This document shows, one piece after another, positions 11,981-64,000 of a stretch of 64,000 bases of DNA. A program made the translations under genes and the position numbers. The notes beneath the pieces were generated by a model. The model searched no databases and was not told where the DNA came from. It saw only the letters and a list, made by a program, of their open reading frames with translations. The stretch is from NCBI RefSeq assembly GCF_001447785.1, contig NW_015169781.1:797212-861211 (forward strand). The letters run 5' to 3'. Origin of the DNA: Gekko japonicus. Taxonomy: Eukaryota. Position 1 is the stretch's first letter, and every line of letters begins with the position of its first letter.

Positions 11981-12397
11981 CTATGGAACACCGTGGCCCT
12001 TTTTTGTATATCATGTAGTAGCTGTAGTGTGCATTTATCGCTTGGCTTGCTTGCTTGAGTCATCTAGAGCTGGCCCATTTCTGTAGCAATGTCTGCTTTT
12101 GGAACTCTGGCTTGTGCTGGTTTCCCAACAGAGCATTTCTGTTGCCTCTACCGTTCCTGGGATCACACAGGTGCCTGCTCTTCTGATTGTGTTGCTTCAC
12201 CCCATGACCGGCATTCCAGGGTGTTTGACATTGTGCTGAAAAACCCTGCTTGCATCAAGAAGGCAACTGGGGCTGCACAGGTGATAAATGAGGCTGAAGT
12301 CCAGGGCAGAGCGTCATTAGCAGAAACCTGCCCTGTGTCCCCAGGAGCAATTCCCTGCCAGCTGTATTGGCCTCTCTGCTGCACACTGCTGCTGAGG

Positions 12398-52296
<39,899 letters not shown>

Positions 52297-52551
52297 AACA
52301 CCTTCTTCCTGACAAACAAGCAGAATGAACAGTACCCGATTTCCGTTTTATGCACTCATCCATCCTTCTAGACACCGCCCCCCCCCAAAAATATGTGCCT
52401 TCACCTTCCCTTTCCACTCTGCCTTCCGGGGTCCTGATGCTTTGGAGAAATTTGGAGTCTTCCTCTGGGGCATTTTGGCCTAACACAACTTCAACAAGGT
52501 TGCCAAATATAATTGTTTCTAAAGGCTGGGTTCCTTTTCATGTTTGAAGGG

Positions 52552-52557
52552 AATAAA
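52552..52557 (+). terminator. MAMDC4 polyadenylation signal
   Basis: First AATAAA after the stop, followed by a GT/T-rich tract. Confidence 0.6.
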
Positions 52558-52796
52558 GGGTCTGTTGGCTTCAGTTTTTCCCTGTGACCTAGCAGTTACT
52601 TGGACCCCAATTCTACAATGACCTTTGGTCAAATACTATTTGAGGGGCTTCCCCTTTCCCCCAAAGGGGAGTATTTTTGAGCTGGAAAAAGGTATAGAAA
52701 ACAGCATCAAAATGTTCAAAAGGTTGGAATGCCTTCTCTGCAAGAACAGGCTTAAGTGTCTGGGGGCCTTTCAGTTTAACGTTTTAAACTGCGTGT

Positions 52797-53283
52797 GGTT
52801 GTTCAGTTGCATAGTCGAGTCCGACTCTTTGTGACGACCCCATGAACCATATCATACTAGGCCCTCCTGTCTTCCACCGTCCTTTGGAGTTTGCTTAATT
52901 TCATGTTCGTTGCATCTATTACACTGTCTAACCATCTCATCCTTTTGTCGTCCCCTTCTTCTTTGACCTTCAATCTTTCCCAGCATCAGGGTCTTCTCCA
53001 GTGAGTGCTCCCTTCTCATTTGGTGGCCAAAGTATTTGAGCTTCAGCTTCAGTATCTGGCCTTCCAGGGAACAGTCCGGGTTGATTTCTTTTAGGATTGA
53101 CTGATTTGATCTCCTTGCAGTCCAGGGGACTCTCAAGAGTCTTCTCCAGCACCATAATTCAAACGCATCTATTCTTTGGCACTCAGCCTTCCTTATGGTC
53201 CAGCCCTCACAGCCATACATTACTATTGGGAATGCCATTGCTTCAACCATACAGACTTTTGTTGGCAGGGTGATGTCTACTTT
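52797..53283 (-). mobile_element. BovB (RTE LINE) 3' fragment
   Basis: DITLPTKVCMVEAMAFPIVMYGCEGWTIRKAE... Confidence 0.9.
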
Positions 53284-54637
53284 CAAATGTCACACTGCTC
53301 ATGTTTTCTCTCTTTATATGATCCTCTTTTGGTACCAGTATAGCAGAGCCCTTCTTCCAGGTGAACCTAAGATTATATTTGCCACTCAGTACCTGCCTAT
53401 CCTTCTCCCTTGTAGTAGCTCCCATTTGACTCTTCTTTCACTTTCAGGTACATCCACTTTTTTCCGGGTGTTCTCTTTGACAGCTTTCCCTTTTGATTTT
53501 TCCTTTTCTCCCTAATGCCTGATTTTGTCTTTGGACTAGTGCTTCTTAGGTCACATTTCTCATAGGTGAGTTGTAAGGCTCAAACTCCTCCTAACGGTGA
53601 AAGAAGGGCAAAGTTACAGCATTTCCTATTCACCCAGGAGCCTGCCTGCTTCCTCCCCACCAGCCGTGGTTGAAAAGCCTACACCTTACACCCATTGCCT
53701 CCAGGCCAATATCACTGTTGGTTAGGTCTGAACCAAGACCTAGCCTGCAGTGCTGCCAGAAACTTAGTTTGCTTCTGGACAGCATCAGCATCGGAGGAGA
53801 TAGGCAATATACAGCCTACACGTGTCACTTGTTAGACTTGTAGGAGCCAGGACCGAGCTACACCTTGGAACTGCAGTGGTCACCAAAAGGTAAAGTGAGC
53901 TAAGAAGTGTGTCCATCTTCAAAAGGTTTTGAGAATCTATACTTTCGAATGTGATGTTGCAGGTGGAGAGTATCTTAAAGATGTCTGAACAGCACCTAGC
54001 AGTCTGTAAAGAATAACAGCTAAATGGGAGCTTTCCATATACAGAGGTACCTCTGACTACCGGTTTGTGTGAAGATGCAACAGGATGGTGGTTATTGAGG
54101 TATTGAAGTCAGGATGCTGGACTGGAAGGACCCTTAGTAGATGTGTTCTTATTAAAAGGGGACAAACAAGTGCAGAGACGCCATGTTTGTCAACAGCTGT
54201 GAAGTACAACAGATAAATAGAACTCATACCTTTAAGGACCATACACCTTTGAAAACCTAATGCAGGGACTGAAGAAGGCTGTTGCATTGTGTTTCCTAGA
54301 GGAGATGGAGTCCATGCCATGCAAAAGTACAGTAGAAATTGAAATCAGCCAAGGAAAATCCCCCCCCCCTCAACATGCAGACCCTAAAGCAGCCACACTC
54401 CAATGGTGAAGGGTAACAAGCTTTATTCAAGATTTCTTTAGAACAGCTGGAAGGAATGGACAAACGAAGAAGAGCCACCACAGTGACTCAGCCCCCCCAT
54501 GCCCCACCCGCTTTTCTCTAACTCTTGCCCCCACCAACAAATTCTTCCAGAAGAGATTTCCTTGAGACAAAGCTGCTCCTAAATACCAACAAATGCTTTT
54601 TTTTTTGGTATGCCCCTGGCCAAATCTGACGCAGCCT

Positions 54638-54643
54638 TTTATT
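54638..54643 (-). terminator. EDF1 polyadenylation signal (second candidate at 54422-54427)
   Basis: AATAAA on the minus strand ~220 nt after the stop. Confidence 0.6.
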
Positions 54644-54864
54644 AGGATTTAGATACTCAAATCTCATAAAAAGGAAGGAAAGTGTGTCACTGGTTGAGAA
54701 GTTTTTGCTGTTTAGAGCAGGGCTGAGAATTCTGTAGGTTTCCTCTCTAGCAAGACTAAAGCCCTTGTTCAGCCTGCCGTAGACAAAGAAAGATCCTGGC
54801 CATCTGGGAGAAAGAAATGGCTAGGCGAGATCAGTCGGGGCAAACTGATTTCGAGGCTTTGTTG

Positions 54865-54926
54865 TCAGTTCCCTTTTGGGCCTTTTTCGAGGGGTTTCCC
54901 AATGTCCCTCCCACGAAGCTTAAGGC
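54865..54926 (-). CDS. EDF1: EDF1 exon 5
   Basis: [19 protein letters not shown]. Confidence 0.95.
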
Positions 54927-57900
54927 CTGAAATGAGAAGGAGAAAGTTGTTGAGTTGTGGAGTCAGCCGCAAGTGGAGATGGGAAAGGGGGGTCTTTCTA
55001 GAACGGTGGTTCTTACTGAAGGAGGGGACAACGAGGCACATTCCAGAAACTGTTCATATTCATATGGGAGCAAACTGCTTTACTGTCTTTTAATGTCTTA
55101 GCCTCAATTCCTCAGTTTTGTAAAGCAGGAGAAAGTTCTACAGGCAAACACTAGAATTTTGAGCACATGTGAAGGAAGAAGCCGAGCTTGAATCCAAATC
55201 CTGCTCTATGTGGTGGATTACTCTGGCTCTTTATATTCACAAGCCACAAAAATGCAGCCAACTGGCACAAAACGCCTGTGCTGTTAACTATGGCATCAGT
55301 CAGGTGCACATCCGGCAGAACCGAACAGCTAACAAGGGTCAGATTTCTGTTCAGAGTTACGGACCCAAGGTGATTTGCAGCACTCCAGCTAAAATGTCTC
55401 ATGCCAGGGTCCCTTATTCTTTTGTGCCTTTTGCTTAGGCAGCAACAGGTTGGAAATGAGTTGCACAACTTCTCAAGAGATTCTGACTGCTTAGAGGAGC
55501 AGACAGCAAAAGGCCACATTACCTGTGGCAGAAGTAAGGATGAAATGAGTCCTCTGGGATATTCTGGTGCTTACTTCTCTTCCTCTGCTCCCCTTGCAGG
55601 GCAACACTACAGCAAGTCATGTATGATCCTTGCTTGCAGCCTGATTCACAAACACGAGGGCACACTAAGGGCTCAACAGCACATGACAATTTTGTTGGAA
55701 GTTTAGCTGTTTGGGATTACATTATTGAGGGGAATAGTGGTGAGGAAAGGGAAACTAGCTCTTTCCCCTGCTATTGTCTTGCTGAAAAACGGCTACCCTC
55801 TTTGAGCTACTTTTCCTGGTTGGGGGAAAAATACAGGTACAGGTAAGTTTTCTTGAGCAAAACTTAAGTAAAAGCAGCTTGAGTGTGGCTTGTGAGAAGA
55901 CAGCAGAGGAGAAAAGGGTCAAAGTTCCTCTTTCCCACACAGTTCTCCTCAGCGAAACAATCTAGAGCATAACATGTAACTGAGCCCTCAGCCACCAGCC
56001 TGTTTGTGCCCAATTGTACTTGTCAAATTCTTAAGACTGTGGCAGGTATCAGAAATACTCACTGATGGCTCTCTCAATCTTGCCCAGCACTTGGTTGTTG
56101 GGAATTGCTTTCCCAGCTTCATAGTCAGCAATGACTTGCGGCTTTTCATTGATTTTCTAAAGAGGTGCAACAAATTTAAACCATCAGGTTTCATATAAAT
56201 ATGCAACTTCAAGGCAGAGTAGTCAACACTCCCACTGAACTAGTTAAAAAAATTGTAAAACTGTGGAAGAGGTTGTAACACGGAAGGCCAGGAGATAACT
56301 GTATAAGGCAAGAAGGATGGGCCACTGGCCTGATTCTTATGAGTGGCTGTTGCAAGGCAATCCTGAGTATCTGGGACAGGGTGTGAACAGGACTATATAG
56401 TAGTAAATACAATGTGTGTTTTTCAATTCCATAGGAGCGTGAGGAGATAAAAAGAAACAGTGTGGTACTGGCGTAAAAACAACAACCATGTTTCTAGTCC
56501 TTAAGACTGGCCAGTTATCTATTCTCTGTTACATCACTATAATGCATGCTGTGCAGGGCTCCATTTGGGGCTCAATTTGAAGACAATTCAATTGGTTTGG
56601 AACATAGTTCCTTTTAATTACATGTGCTGAACTGCCTTCGATGAATATATGTATGATTGGGGCAGTGCCTGCTAAGAACTCTGAAGCTAAAAATCAAGGG
56701 GGATGAGAATCCCACTGGACAGCATGCAGGGTTCCTTAATCCTTCTCCTAAGAGAAGCAACCTCAGTTATGCACAACAGTAAAGACAGTAGAAAATGGAA
56801 AATATGCAAAGAGATCCTGACCTGGATAGCCCAGGCAAGCCCAATCTCATCAGATCTCGGATGCTAAGCAGGGCCGACCCTGGCAAGTATTTGGATGGGA
56901 GACCTCCAAGGAATACCAGAGCTGGGACACAGGGGTAGGCAAGAGCAAGCCACCTCTCTGAACATCCAAGCCCCACTAGGGGTTGCCAGAAGTCAACCAT
57001 GACTTCCAAGCACGCATGCATACACAAAAAATATCAAAAAGAAAATATGCAAAGAGGTTTTATTTGCCTAATTTATACTTCCTTGAATCCTGCACTGCTT
57101 CTTAGAAGTAAATGTTAAGTTTTCCACAATTTAGGTGCTGACAATTGCTTGGGGTGGCTACCAGCCTAAATACAGGTTAATATAAGTAAGCAGCAGTCAC
57201 ATTTGAAGGCTCAAGCGTTTTACTTAGAAATCTTCTATGCCACTTTTTATCATAAGCATCTTAAGGTGCCCTCCCCACTAAGTCTAAAAAATAAAACTAA
57301 ACCAACAGTGAAACCAAACAATTAGGACTAAACAGCAGTATTAATAAACAGTAGAAAGGCAGCATAAAGTGATCTAACAGCATTAAAGGCACAAGAAAGC
57401 AGGACAGATTTTGCTTGGCACTTCAGTCGGTGCCCAGCATGCATGCCTAAGGGAGAGCATTCCGAAGCTTGGGCACCCCTGCTATGACAGCCATTCTCTC
57501 TGGGAATAATGCTCCTCACTCATAGAAGGATGCTGAGAAAGGCCTTGTAGGATGATTTAAACCAATGGGCGGGTTCCATGAGCTATGCGTTTCAAAAGCC
57601 AGTCCAGAGGCTTGAATGGAAGCCAAGCTGGTTCTGCAGCTAGGGTGCTACAGGTCAGCCCACCCTGCTGTCCTGGGAGTGGCTACCAGTGCCCCATTCC
57701 TCAAGTTGCTACACACACGAGCATGGGAAACATTCAGGGTGAGGAGGCAGTGGCTCAGAGGACAGAATGGAGATGTCAGATGGGTCAACGGCTGTTTGAT
57801 TAAAAGATGTGTCTGTTTGCGGGCCTTAACCAGAATGGCACCATGTCTTCCACAGGCTGTCAGGAAAGCAAGTCTTTTCTGGGTGGGTTTTTCTTTCCAG

Positions 57901-60900
57901 CCAGCAGTGCCACTTCATGGGCAATCTTTTACCTGCTCCACTTTTACGAGGTGAGGAATACCTACCGTGGCCAGATCCTTCTGGGTGAGCCCCTTGCTCT
58001 GCCTGCCCTGCTGGATCACTTTGCCCACTTCGAGGGGGACCCTGTCATGATGCAGCTCCTCTGTCTCTCGGTCCAGCTTGGCTGTGTTCTTTGTAATAGA
58101 GTGCTGTTTGTTTTGGCCCGCTGCCCCTGGAGTTCGGATGAGAAACCAGTTAAGAATTTACAGCCTGCTGATATATAGGTAAGAGGCCAGCCTGTTGATA
58201 CAGGTAAAAGGTGTTGTCGTGTTAACTGTACACACTGGAATGCTTGGGGGAGAGACTGGGGAAGAAGGCCCAACAAGCAGAATCAAAGTCTACAGTATGC
58301 GGAAGAGCAAGCTGAGCACACTGTCCCAAGTGAACCTCAAATAGTTACTTGGAAGGCTGCCTGGAGCCTCAAAAGGCAGGGTTTTGTTTTGTTCCTGGGC
58401 TGTTTTGCTTCAGGGGGCTTCAGATATTGGTAGATTCCTGGGGCAAGGGAAGGAGGATGGAAAGCATTTCTTTGTGCAGTGCACTGCCAGCCATGCTATT
58501 CTCAAGGCAGCTAGCCGCTGCTTAGAAGTAGGTTAAATTTTAATCTCCAGGAACTTACACCTATGAACAGACCCTCCTTGTACAAGGAAGTATACCCTTA
58601 CTTGATGCTGGGAACACAAAGAACGGCCATCACTGTCTAGACTTTCTTCTTACAAGGTCCTTGCTGTATCTGGCTGGTCACTGCTTGAGCACATAAATGG
58701 ACCCTTGATCTGGTCCATTAAGACAATTCTTTCTATTTAACAACTAGATTTCTTGAAGGGTCATTCTTGGAAGGTCATTCAGAAACCTTATCTCCAGTCC
58801 TGACCCCACCCCAAAGAGCCTGATGACCAGTCCTGTGGCTCCAGATGCTGTCCACTCATTTACCCTGGGGGACTACCAACTGCAGGACCGGCTGTCACTA
58901 TAGGACCAGATTTGGCTTGGGGGCAGGACAGCAATCAATTATCCATCACGTCAGCTCTTACACATAGTGCCTTTCTAAATAAACCCTCATTGGCTAAAAT
59001 CTAAGCCAGAAGAATTCAGCTGGGATGTTAAATGGGTACTCCTCAGAATCCAGAGGGATATGAGACTGATGCACTGGCAGTCTCTTCTGAATACTTATCT
59101 GGGCTGCGAAGGAAAAAATGCTTCACACACAACAAGCATTTGTAGACGAATAAGATGCTCAGGATCCTACTCAAAGTCAAGTCGTGAGGAATGCTCCAAA
59201 CCAAAGAGACATTTGTTACCCAAGGAAGAAGATATCTCCTGAGGATTTCTTAAGGGAACTTTGCCTTTTGCCTGACCCAAATTGACAGAAAATACTTACA
59301 TTTCTTGGAGGTCTCCACATCGTCTCCTCTTCTCTGAGCTGCTAGTACAGCCTAAAAAATAATAATAATCAAGAATTGGAGTTAATGTCCTTGTCAAGAG
59401 AAGAATAAGAATCCTTTGTTGATGTGCTGGAGGGACAATCAGTGTTAAATGGAAGACACGGGCCCCTTTGTTAGGCAGACAATCCCCTCTGATACAAAGC
59501 ATTCCACAGGAAGCGTTCCAGAAATCCACAAAAATATCCCAGTGCAAGGGAGGGTAGGAAAAAGGTACCTTTGGTTCAGCAATATCAGTGGAGCATCAAC
59601 TGCAGGTAAGACTGGCCCTCTAACCTATCTCCCCCCCCTCCCCAGAAATAGACTTAAGGTTCTGGTATGCCTTAAGTGTTCTTTGTTAACAGGAAATCTA
59701 GATCCCTTTAAGTACACAAGAAAAACAAACAAATTACATCCATTTTGCTAAGAAGCTAAGCTTGTAAATAGCAATTTGGGATGAGCCTGGGATGAGTGAC
59801 TGAGTTTTGAGGTGACCAGGAAAGGAAGTTGAGGTTTCCTCCTGTACAGACACGCACCTGGAGTGACAAGTGAGTCGTGACTACCGTAAGTTTGTGTGAG
59901 TGCACATGCTAGTAAAATATTTATATAAGCTTGTAACTTCTCTGTGGGCTTATCTACAGGGCAGTAACTGTTAACTCTCACTTACAACATATAATCAGAT
60001 CGAATCTGGAGACGTCCCAGGCTGCTGAAGTGTTTTGATCTTATGATCCATCAAATCAAACACAGCATGTCAGGTGCTTGGCAGGACCTGTTGGAGTAGT
60101 CCCAGGCAGTTTTCCCTCTAAGCTGAGTACTGTTGGGAGCAGTCCCAGGTAGGTGGCAACAACTGTCGGCCTGCTGAGCCCCTTGTGGGCTGCCATATAT
60201 GGCTTGGCAGGTCACATTGTGCAGGACTCAGCTAGAAACTAGGAACTGGAATTACCTTTCCAGTCTGTATGCATTACTTCTTTGTACATAGTCTTGATGG
60301 CTAAAATCCTCTTTAACCATCCTGATGGTGTGTACAAAAATGAGAAAGGGAAGTATTTCTGGCCTTCCTTTGTGCTACTAATTGACAAGAACAGAACTTG
60401 CCAACTTGGATTAGAGTGGAACAGAGAAATCACGTTTCACAGATTCCTACTGAGGAACAGTTGTTTAACATACCTTGTTAAAATTACGTCCTGGAAAACT
60501 GTGCAATAACTGCTAAAGTGCTAAATTTGGGTTCTGATCCCAGGCTCACTATACAGATTTCGGTAAGATAGTTTTATCTTCTACAAAGCAGCACTGAGCT
60601 AGATGAACAAACCACTGACTTGGCAGCAACTTTTCAGGCTATTAGGTAGAAGGTGGTCTTTCCCATTGTGCTGTATGATGCCCTTCAGAAGATGCCAGAG
60701 ATTGATCCTGGGACCTCCTGCAGGCTTAGTTATGGACTGTCTTAATACAAAGCTGCTTTATACCAAGTCTGACTACTGATCTATTTAGAACTTTCTACTC
60801 AAGCAGAGAAGACCCTTTCCCAGCACACCTACTGCTTGAGATTTGTTGATGTCAGGAACTGAATCTGGGTCTCTCTATTGGCAAGCCATGAGCTCTAGCA

Positions 60901-62502
60901 GACAGCCACAGTTCCTGCCTGCCCCCCTTCAATAACAGTACACAGGATCACAGGACAGCTCTAACAGGATCACACAATATTTGGTACCTTGACATCCCCT
61001 CCCCCAGACTGGGGGGGATAATAAGCAGAACAGCCAGACTGGAGCTGAAGTCCACCTTCACATTCTACCATCAGTGAGCCAATGGGGGAACTGAAGACAA
61101 CAGCCCTTCCCTAGCATTTGATGCACATACACCTGCCCCTGAACATTGGTGTGGTAAACAGAAGTTCTATCTTCCAGATGGTCAAACAGAGAACGTTACA
61201 AGCCCCAGAGTTTACACAGCACTTTCGCAGAGGTGTAAACAAAACTGTTGAAATCTTAGAAAATACAAAGCAATAGGTAAGCCTGCTCCCAGCATACCCA
61301 AGCAAGTTTCAGAGAAAACTGAGCCAACTTGGTATCAGAGGCCATGCACCTGGAGGGGGAGGCACCTCCCAATGTCCTTGCACAATCCTGGATCTCTTCT
61401 TGTTCCCCGTAGCACCAGCATGACAATAACTGACTCTCCTAGGCAGGACTTTGCCTTCCTTTCTTCCCCTCCCCAGAATGCAGATTCTTAAGAGAGATAG
61501 AGTTTGATCAGCACAAAGAGGAAAAGCAAAGAGAAGAAAGGAAAGAAAACAAAGGATCCTAACCCTTTTACAAAGTCTTTATATACACAATGGGACACGG
61601 GGTGCTTGGATTTCTAAATCTTGGATAGGGAATATAATGAATGTTTCCCCCCAGCTTGTCTTTCCTTCCTTTTTTGTGCCGTTCTGCACGTGCTGTGTTT
61701 ACTTATTCAATTTCTTTTTCGGCAAATCTCAGCTCACTTCTAGAACTTTCCACAAGTCTACACAAACTCCAGAAACATGAACCAAAGGCATACGCTTATG
61801 TGTTGTTTTTTATACTATCTATGGGTGAGAAGTCACTAGGCAACCTACAGTCAGGTTGCCATATGTAGTCACCGTTCTGTTATATCTGCATAACAAACCC
61901 TCCCAAGGAAATTAGGCGGAAAGTGGCTTTCCCTGAATCACCCAGTGAACTCTGTGGCTGAGTGGAGACTTGAACATGAATCACCCTATAGAAATAGGAA
62001 GCGACTCTGACAATACCTCATCCTTGCTCTCTTATAAAGAATAAAATAAAATCTGTAAAAATGGGAAGGAAGAAGCCCTGAGGGGGCAAGTGTGAGGCGG
62101 TTGTGGGGAAGGCTAACAAGGGTGGCAGGCCCAGTTTGGGGTACTGGTTGGTACTGACAAGGACGGTACTAATAGGGGCTTGTATAGTTTGGAGGCAGGG
62201 GAAAGAGGCGTGGTAACTTCGGTGGGCGGGGCAATCTTGACAGGTTGGTTTACTTTAACAGGCGCAAGGAACATGAGGGAGGCGGAAGAATAGCCTTTTT
62301 CAGATTCTGAAAGGGGGGGGAGGATGCTGAGTCACCTGACTAGGAGGGGCCGTTGAAGGTGGCTTGTGTACCCCACCAAATGAGAAGAGGGGCTCGCTTT
62401 TGCGCACGTTGTCTTTTCCCTTACCTGCTTAGACTTGGCTTGGGCCGCGCTCGGGCCTTTCTTGCGTAGAACCGTCACCGTGTCCCAGTCACTTTCTGCC
62501 AT
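54865..62502 (-). CDS. EDF1: Endothelial differentiation-related factor 1 (MBF1), complement join(54865..54926,56063..56156,57966..58126,59300..59351,62425..62502), 148 aa
   Basis: [73 protein letters not shown]...[59 protein letters not shown]; 447 nt, GT-AG introns. Confidence 0.97.
56063..56156 (-). CDS. EDF1: EDF1 exon 4
   Basis: [13 protein letters not shown]...ERAI. Confidence 0.95.
56813..57030 (+). mobile_element. 5S rRNA-headed SINE; further antisense copies at ~22320-22515, 47815-47985, 49400-49510
   Basis: GCCCAATCTCATCAGATCTCGGATGCTAAGCAGGGCCGACCCTGGCAAGTATTTGGATGGGAGACC...GGAATACC aligns to the 5S rRNA internal control region, then a non-5S body and A-rich tail. Confidence 0.85.
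57966..58126 (-). CDS. EDF1: EDF1 exon 3
   Basis: WAAGQNKQ...TQKDLAT. Confidence 0.95.
59300..59351 (-). CDS. EDF1: EDF1 exon 2
   Basis: [17 protein letters not shown]. Confidence 0.95.
62425..62502 (-). CDS. EDF1: EDF1 exon 1
   Basis: GCCATGG Kozak; CAG|gtaagg. Confidence 0.95.
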
Positions 62503-63010
62503 GGCCTCTCGTTCCTGTTCAGCCTCCGCAATAGGCCGTCCCCCTCATTCCCTTCTTCCCTTGAGAAGGCGGGGTAGAAGGCTGACTGGGAGTGCGCCGA
62601 TTAGTCCAGCCGCACGCTATTTACCCATAGTGCCTCATTATTGGTTGACGGAGACGCCGATCCCTCCCACTTCACCACTCTCCGCCTGCCTTAGCGTCAT
62701 AAGGCAGGTGTTCCGCCTACGTCCCTCAGATCTTGCCTTTGATAGGCAAACGAACTGCCGATGAAATCCTCCCCCTTTTTTAATTGGTGAACATGGAAGC
62801 GTCAGCTAAAGTCTTGCCTATTCGTTGGGCAGGCAGGCCGGAAAAGAGATGCCTGTTATGATAGGCTAACTAGTGAGCTAATCACAGCATCGTTACCTGA
62901 TTGGCTAGTGGTGGGGATGAGCTTGTAGTTGTTTTTTAATAGCGTCATCAAGGTAATCAAGAGCGTGCTTCGCTTCATGCTGAGTTATGCAATCTCGAGA
63001 TGCGGAGAAA
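62503..63010 (-). promoter_or_regulatory. EDF1 CpG-island promoter/5' UTR
   Basis: CpG-rich, CCAAT boxes on the EDF1 strand (~62640, ~62783, ~62900), GC box GGCGGG and ETS-like CCGGAA. Confidence 0.75.
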
Positions 63011-63429
63011 ACTACCTAAAAGGGAGATGTGAAAGAACGATGTAAAAATAACCGGTATCTGAAAAAGTGTGCTTGTACATGAAAGCTTATACCTTGAATA
63101 AAACTTTGATGGTCTTAAAGGTGCCGCCGGACTCGAATTGTTGTTCAGTTAAAAAGTTTAACTTTTTAAACTAAAATAGGCAACGCCGCGAGAGGTTATT
63201 CTGGCTCTCCCAGGTATTGTTAGGGGCTCTTTAAAAAGTTATGGTTGCCCGACCGGTGGCGGCAGCTGCCCTAATGCCAGCGTCAACGGCAGGCGCCCCC
63301 GCCTCTCTGAGCCCCGGGGGGCTGGCCTTGGAGTCCTAGGGGCAAATTCCACCTCGCGCTGGTGATGGCCCAGCGGAGTTGCCGCTCCACCATCACGCGG
63401 GAGAGGTCATTCTGGTTCCCCCAGGTCTT

Positions 63430-63813
63430 CTTGTTGTTCAGTCGCTCTTCGAGACCCCATGGACCAGCTCCCGCCAAAGTTTGCTCAACTTCATGTTCCT
63501 TGCATCTATGACACTGTCTAACCATCTCATCCTTTGCCATCCCATCTTCTTTGACCTTCAATCTTTCCCAGCATCAGGGCCTTCTCCAGTGAGTGCTCCC
63601 TTCTCATTTGGTGGCCAAAGTATTTGAGCTTCAGTTTCATTATCTGGCCTTCCAGGGAACAGTCAGGGTTGATTTCTTTTAGGATTGACTGATTTGATCT
63701 TCTTGCAGTCCAAGGGACTCTCAAGAGTCTTCTCCAGCACCATAGTTCAAAAGAATCTATTCTTCGGCGCTCGGCCTTCCTTATAGTCCAACTCTCGCAG
63801 CCATACATGACTA
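63430..63813 (-). mobile_element. BovB (RTE LINE) 3' fragment
   Basis: [48 protein letters not shown]. Confidence 0.9.
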
Positions 63814-64000
63814 CTGAAAGACTATTGAAAGAGGTAGTCAATCTTTAAAGGTACAATTGTGGTCTTAGGGTACTGTCTCAGTGATGATCTGGTTCTTATA
63901 GATCCACATGGGTCAATGCAGGGGTAATTCATGAGGACAACCAGATGGATTTCACCTAGAGAACTGGTGTTGAGTAGTGATGGGCATGAACTGGGAAAAT

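Noticed and set aside
12215-12310. FOXA/GATA/HNF4-like sites as the MAMDC4 promoter
   Set aside because: Short motifs (TGTTTGAC, GATAAA, GAAGTCCA) are plausible but not distinguishable from chance, and an acceptor at 12344 allows an upstream non-coding exon.
52297-52560. SECIS element that would recode the MAMDC4 TGA as selenocysteine
   Set aside because: The ATGA at ~52325 is not followed by a stem with an unpaired AA and a matching GA quartet that I can see, and MAMDC4 is not a known selenoprotein. SECISearch would be the formal test.
56813-56930. Functional 5S rRNA gene
   Set aside because: The 5' end is diverged, there is no oligo-T terminator after the 5S part, and it is fused to a repeat body found in several copies.
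63180-64000. TRAF2 first exon or bidirectional promoter (expected next by synteny)
   Set aside because: A GC-rich patch is present, but there is no TRAF2 coding sequence or clear exon; most of the rest is BovB.

Overview
Vertebrate genomic DNA, almost certainly a squamate reptile and probably a gecko. That assignment is an inference from the Squam3-like and Sauria SINEs, BovB, CR1, L2 and Penelope-like repeats. The window holds the conserved syntenic block PHPT1(+) - MAMDC4/endotubin(+) - EDF1(-), equivalent to human 9q34.3, and probably the 3' UTR of the upstream gene at 520-1600. I reconstructed all exons by hand from GT/AG sites and reading phase: PHPT1 has 3 coding exons (120 aa), EDF1 has 5 (148 aa) and MAMDC4 has 29 (1197 codons). 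The main anomaly is that every lesion in MAMDC4 falls inside its first MAM module. There is an in-frame TGA at a Cys position (19952-19954) and a ~1 kb tandem duplication of exons 4+5 that frameshifts if both copies are spliced. One copy also carries a templated insertion flanked by a 30-bp direct repeat. The other exons are intact, and exons 3-6 can be skipped in frame. Other notable items are the 5' LTR, primer-binding site and likely gag start of a young LTR retroelement at the left edge, and a ~680-bp foldback just upstream of MAMDC4. There are also degenerate Penelope hammerhead cores, 5S-headed SINEs, hAT MITEs with 8-bp TSDs, and an insertion flanked by a ~93-bp duplication. A 34-N gap shows this is a draft assembly, so artefacts must be excluded. 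Most ORFs in the supplied track are spurious.
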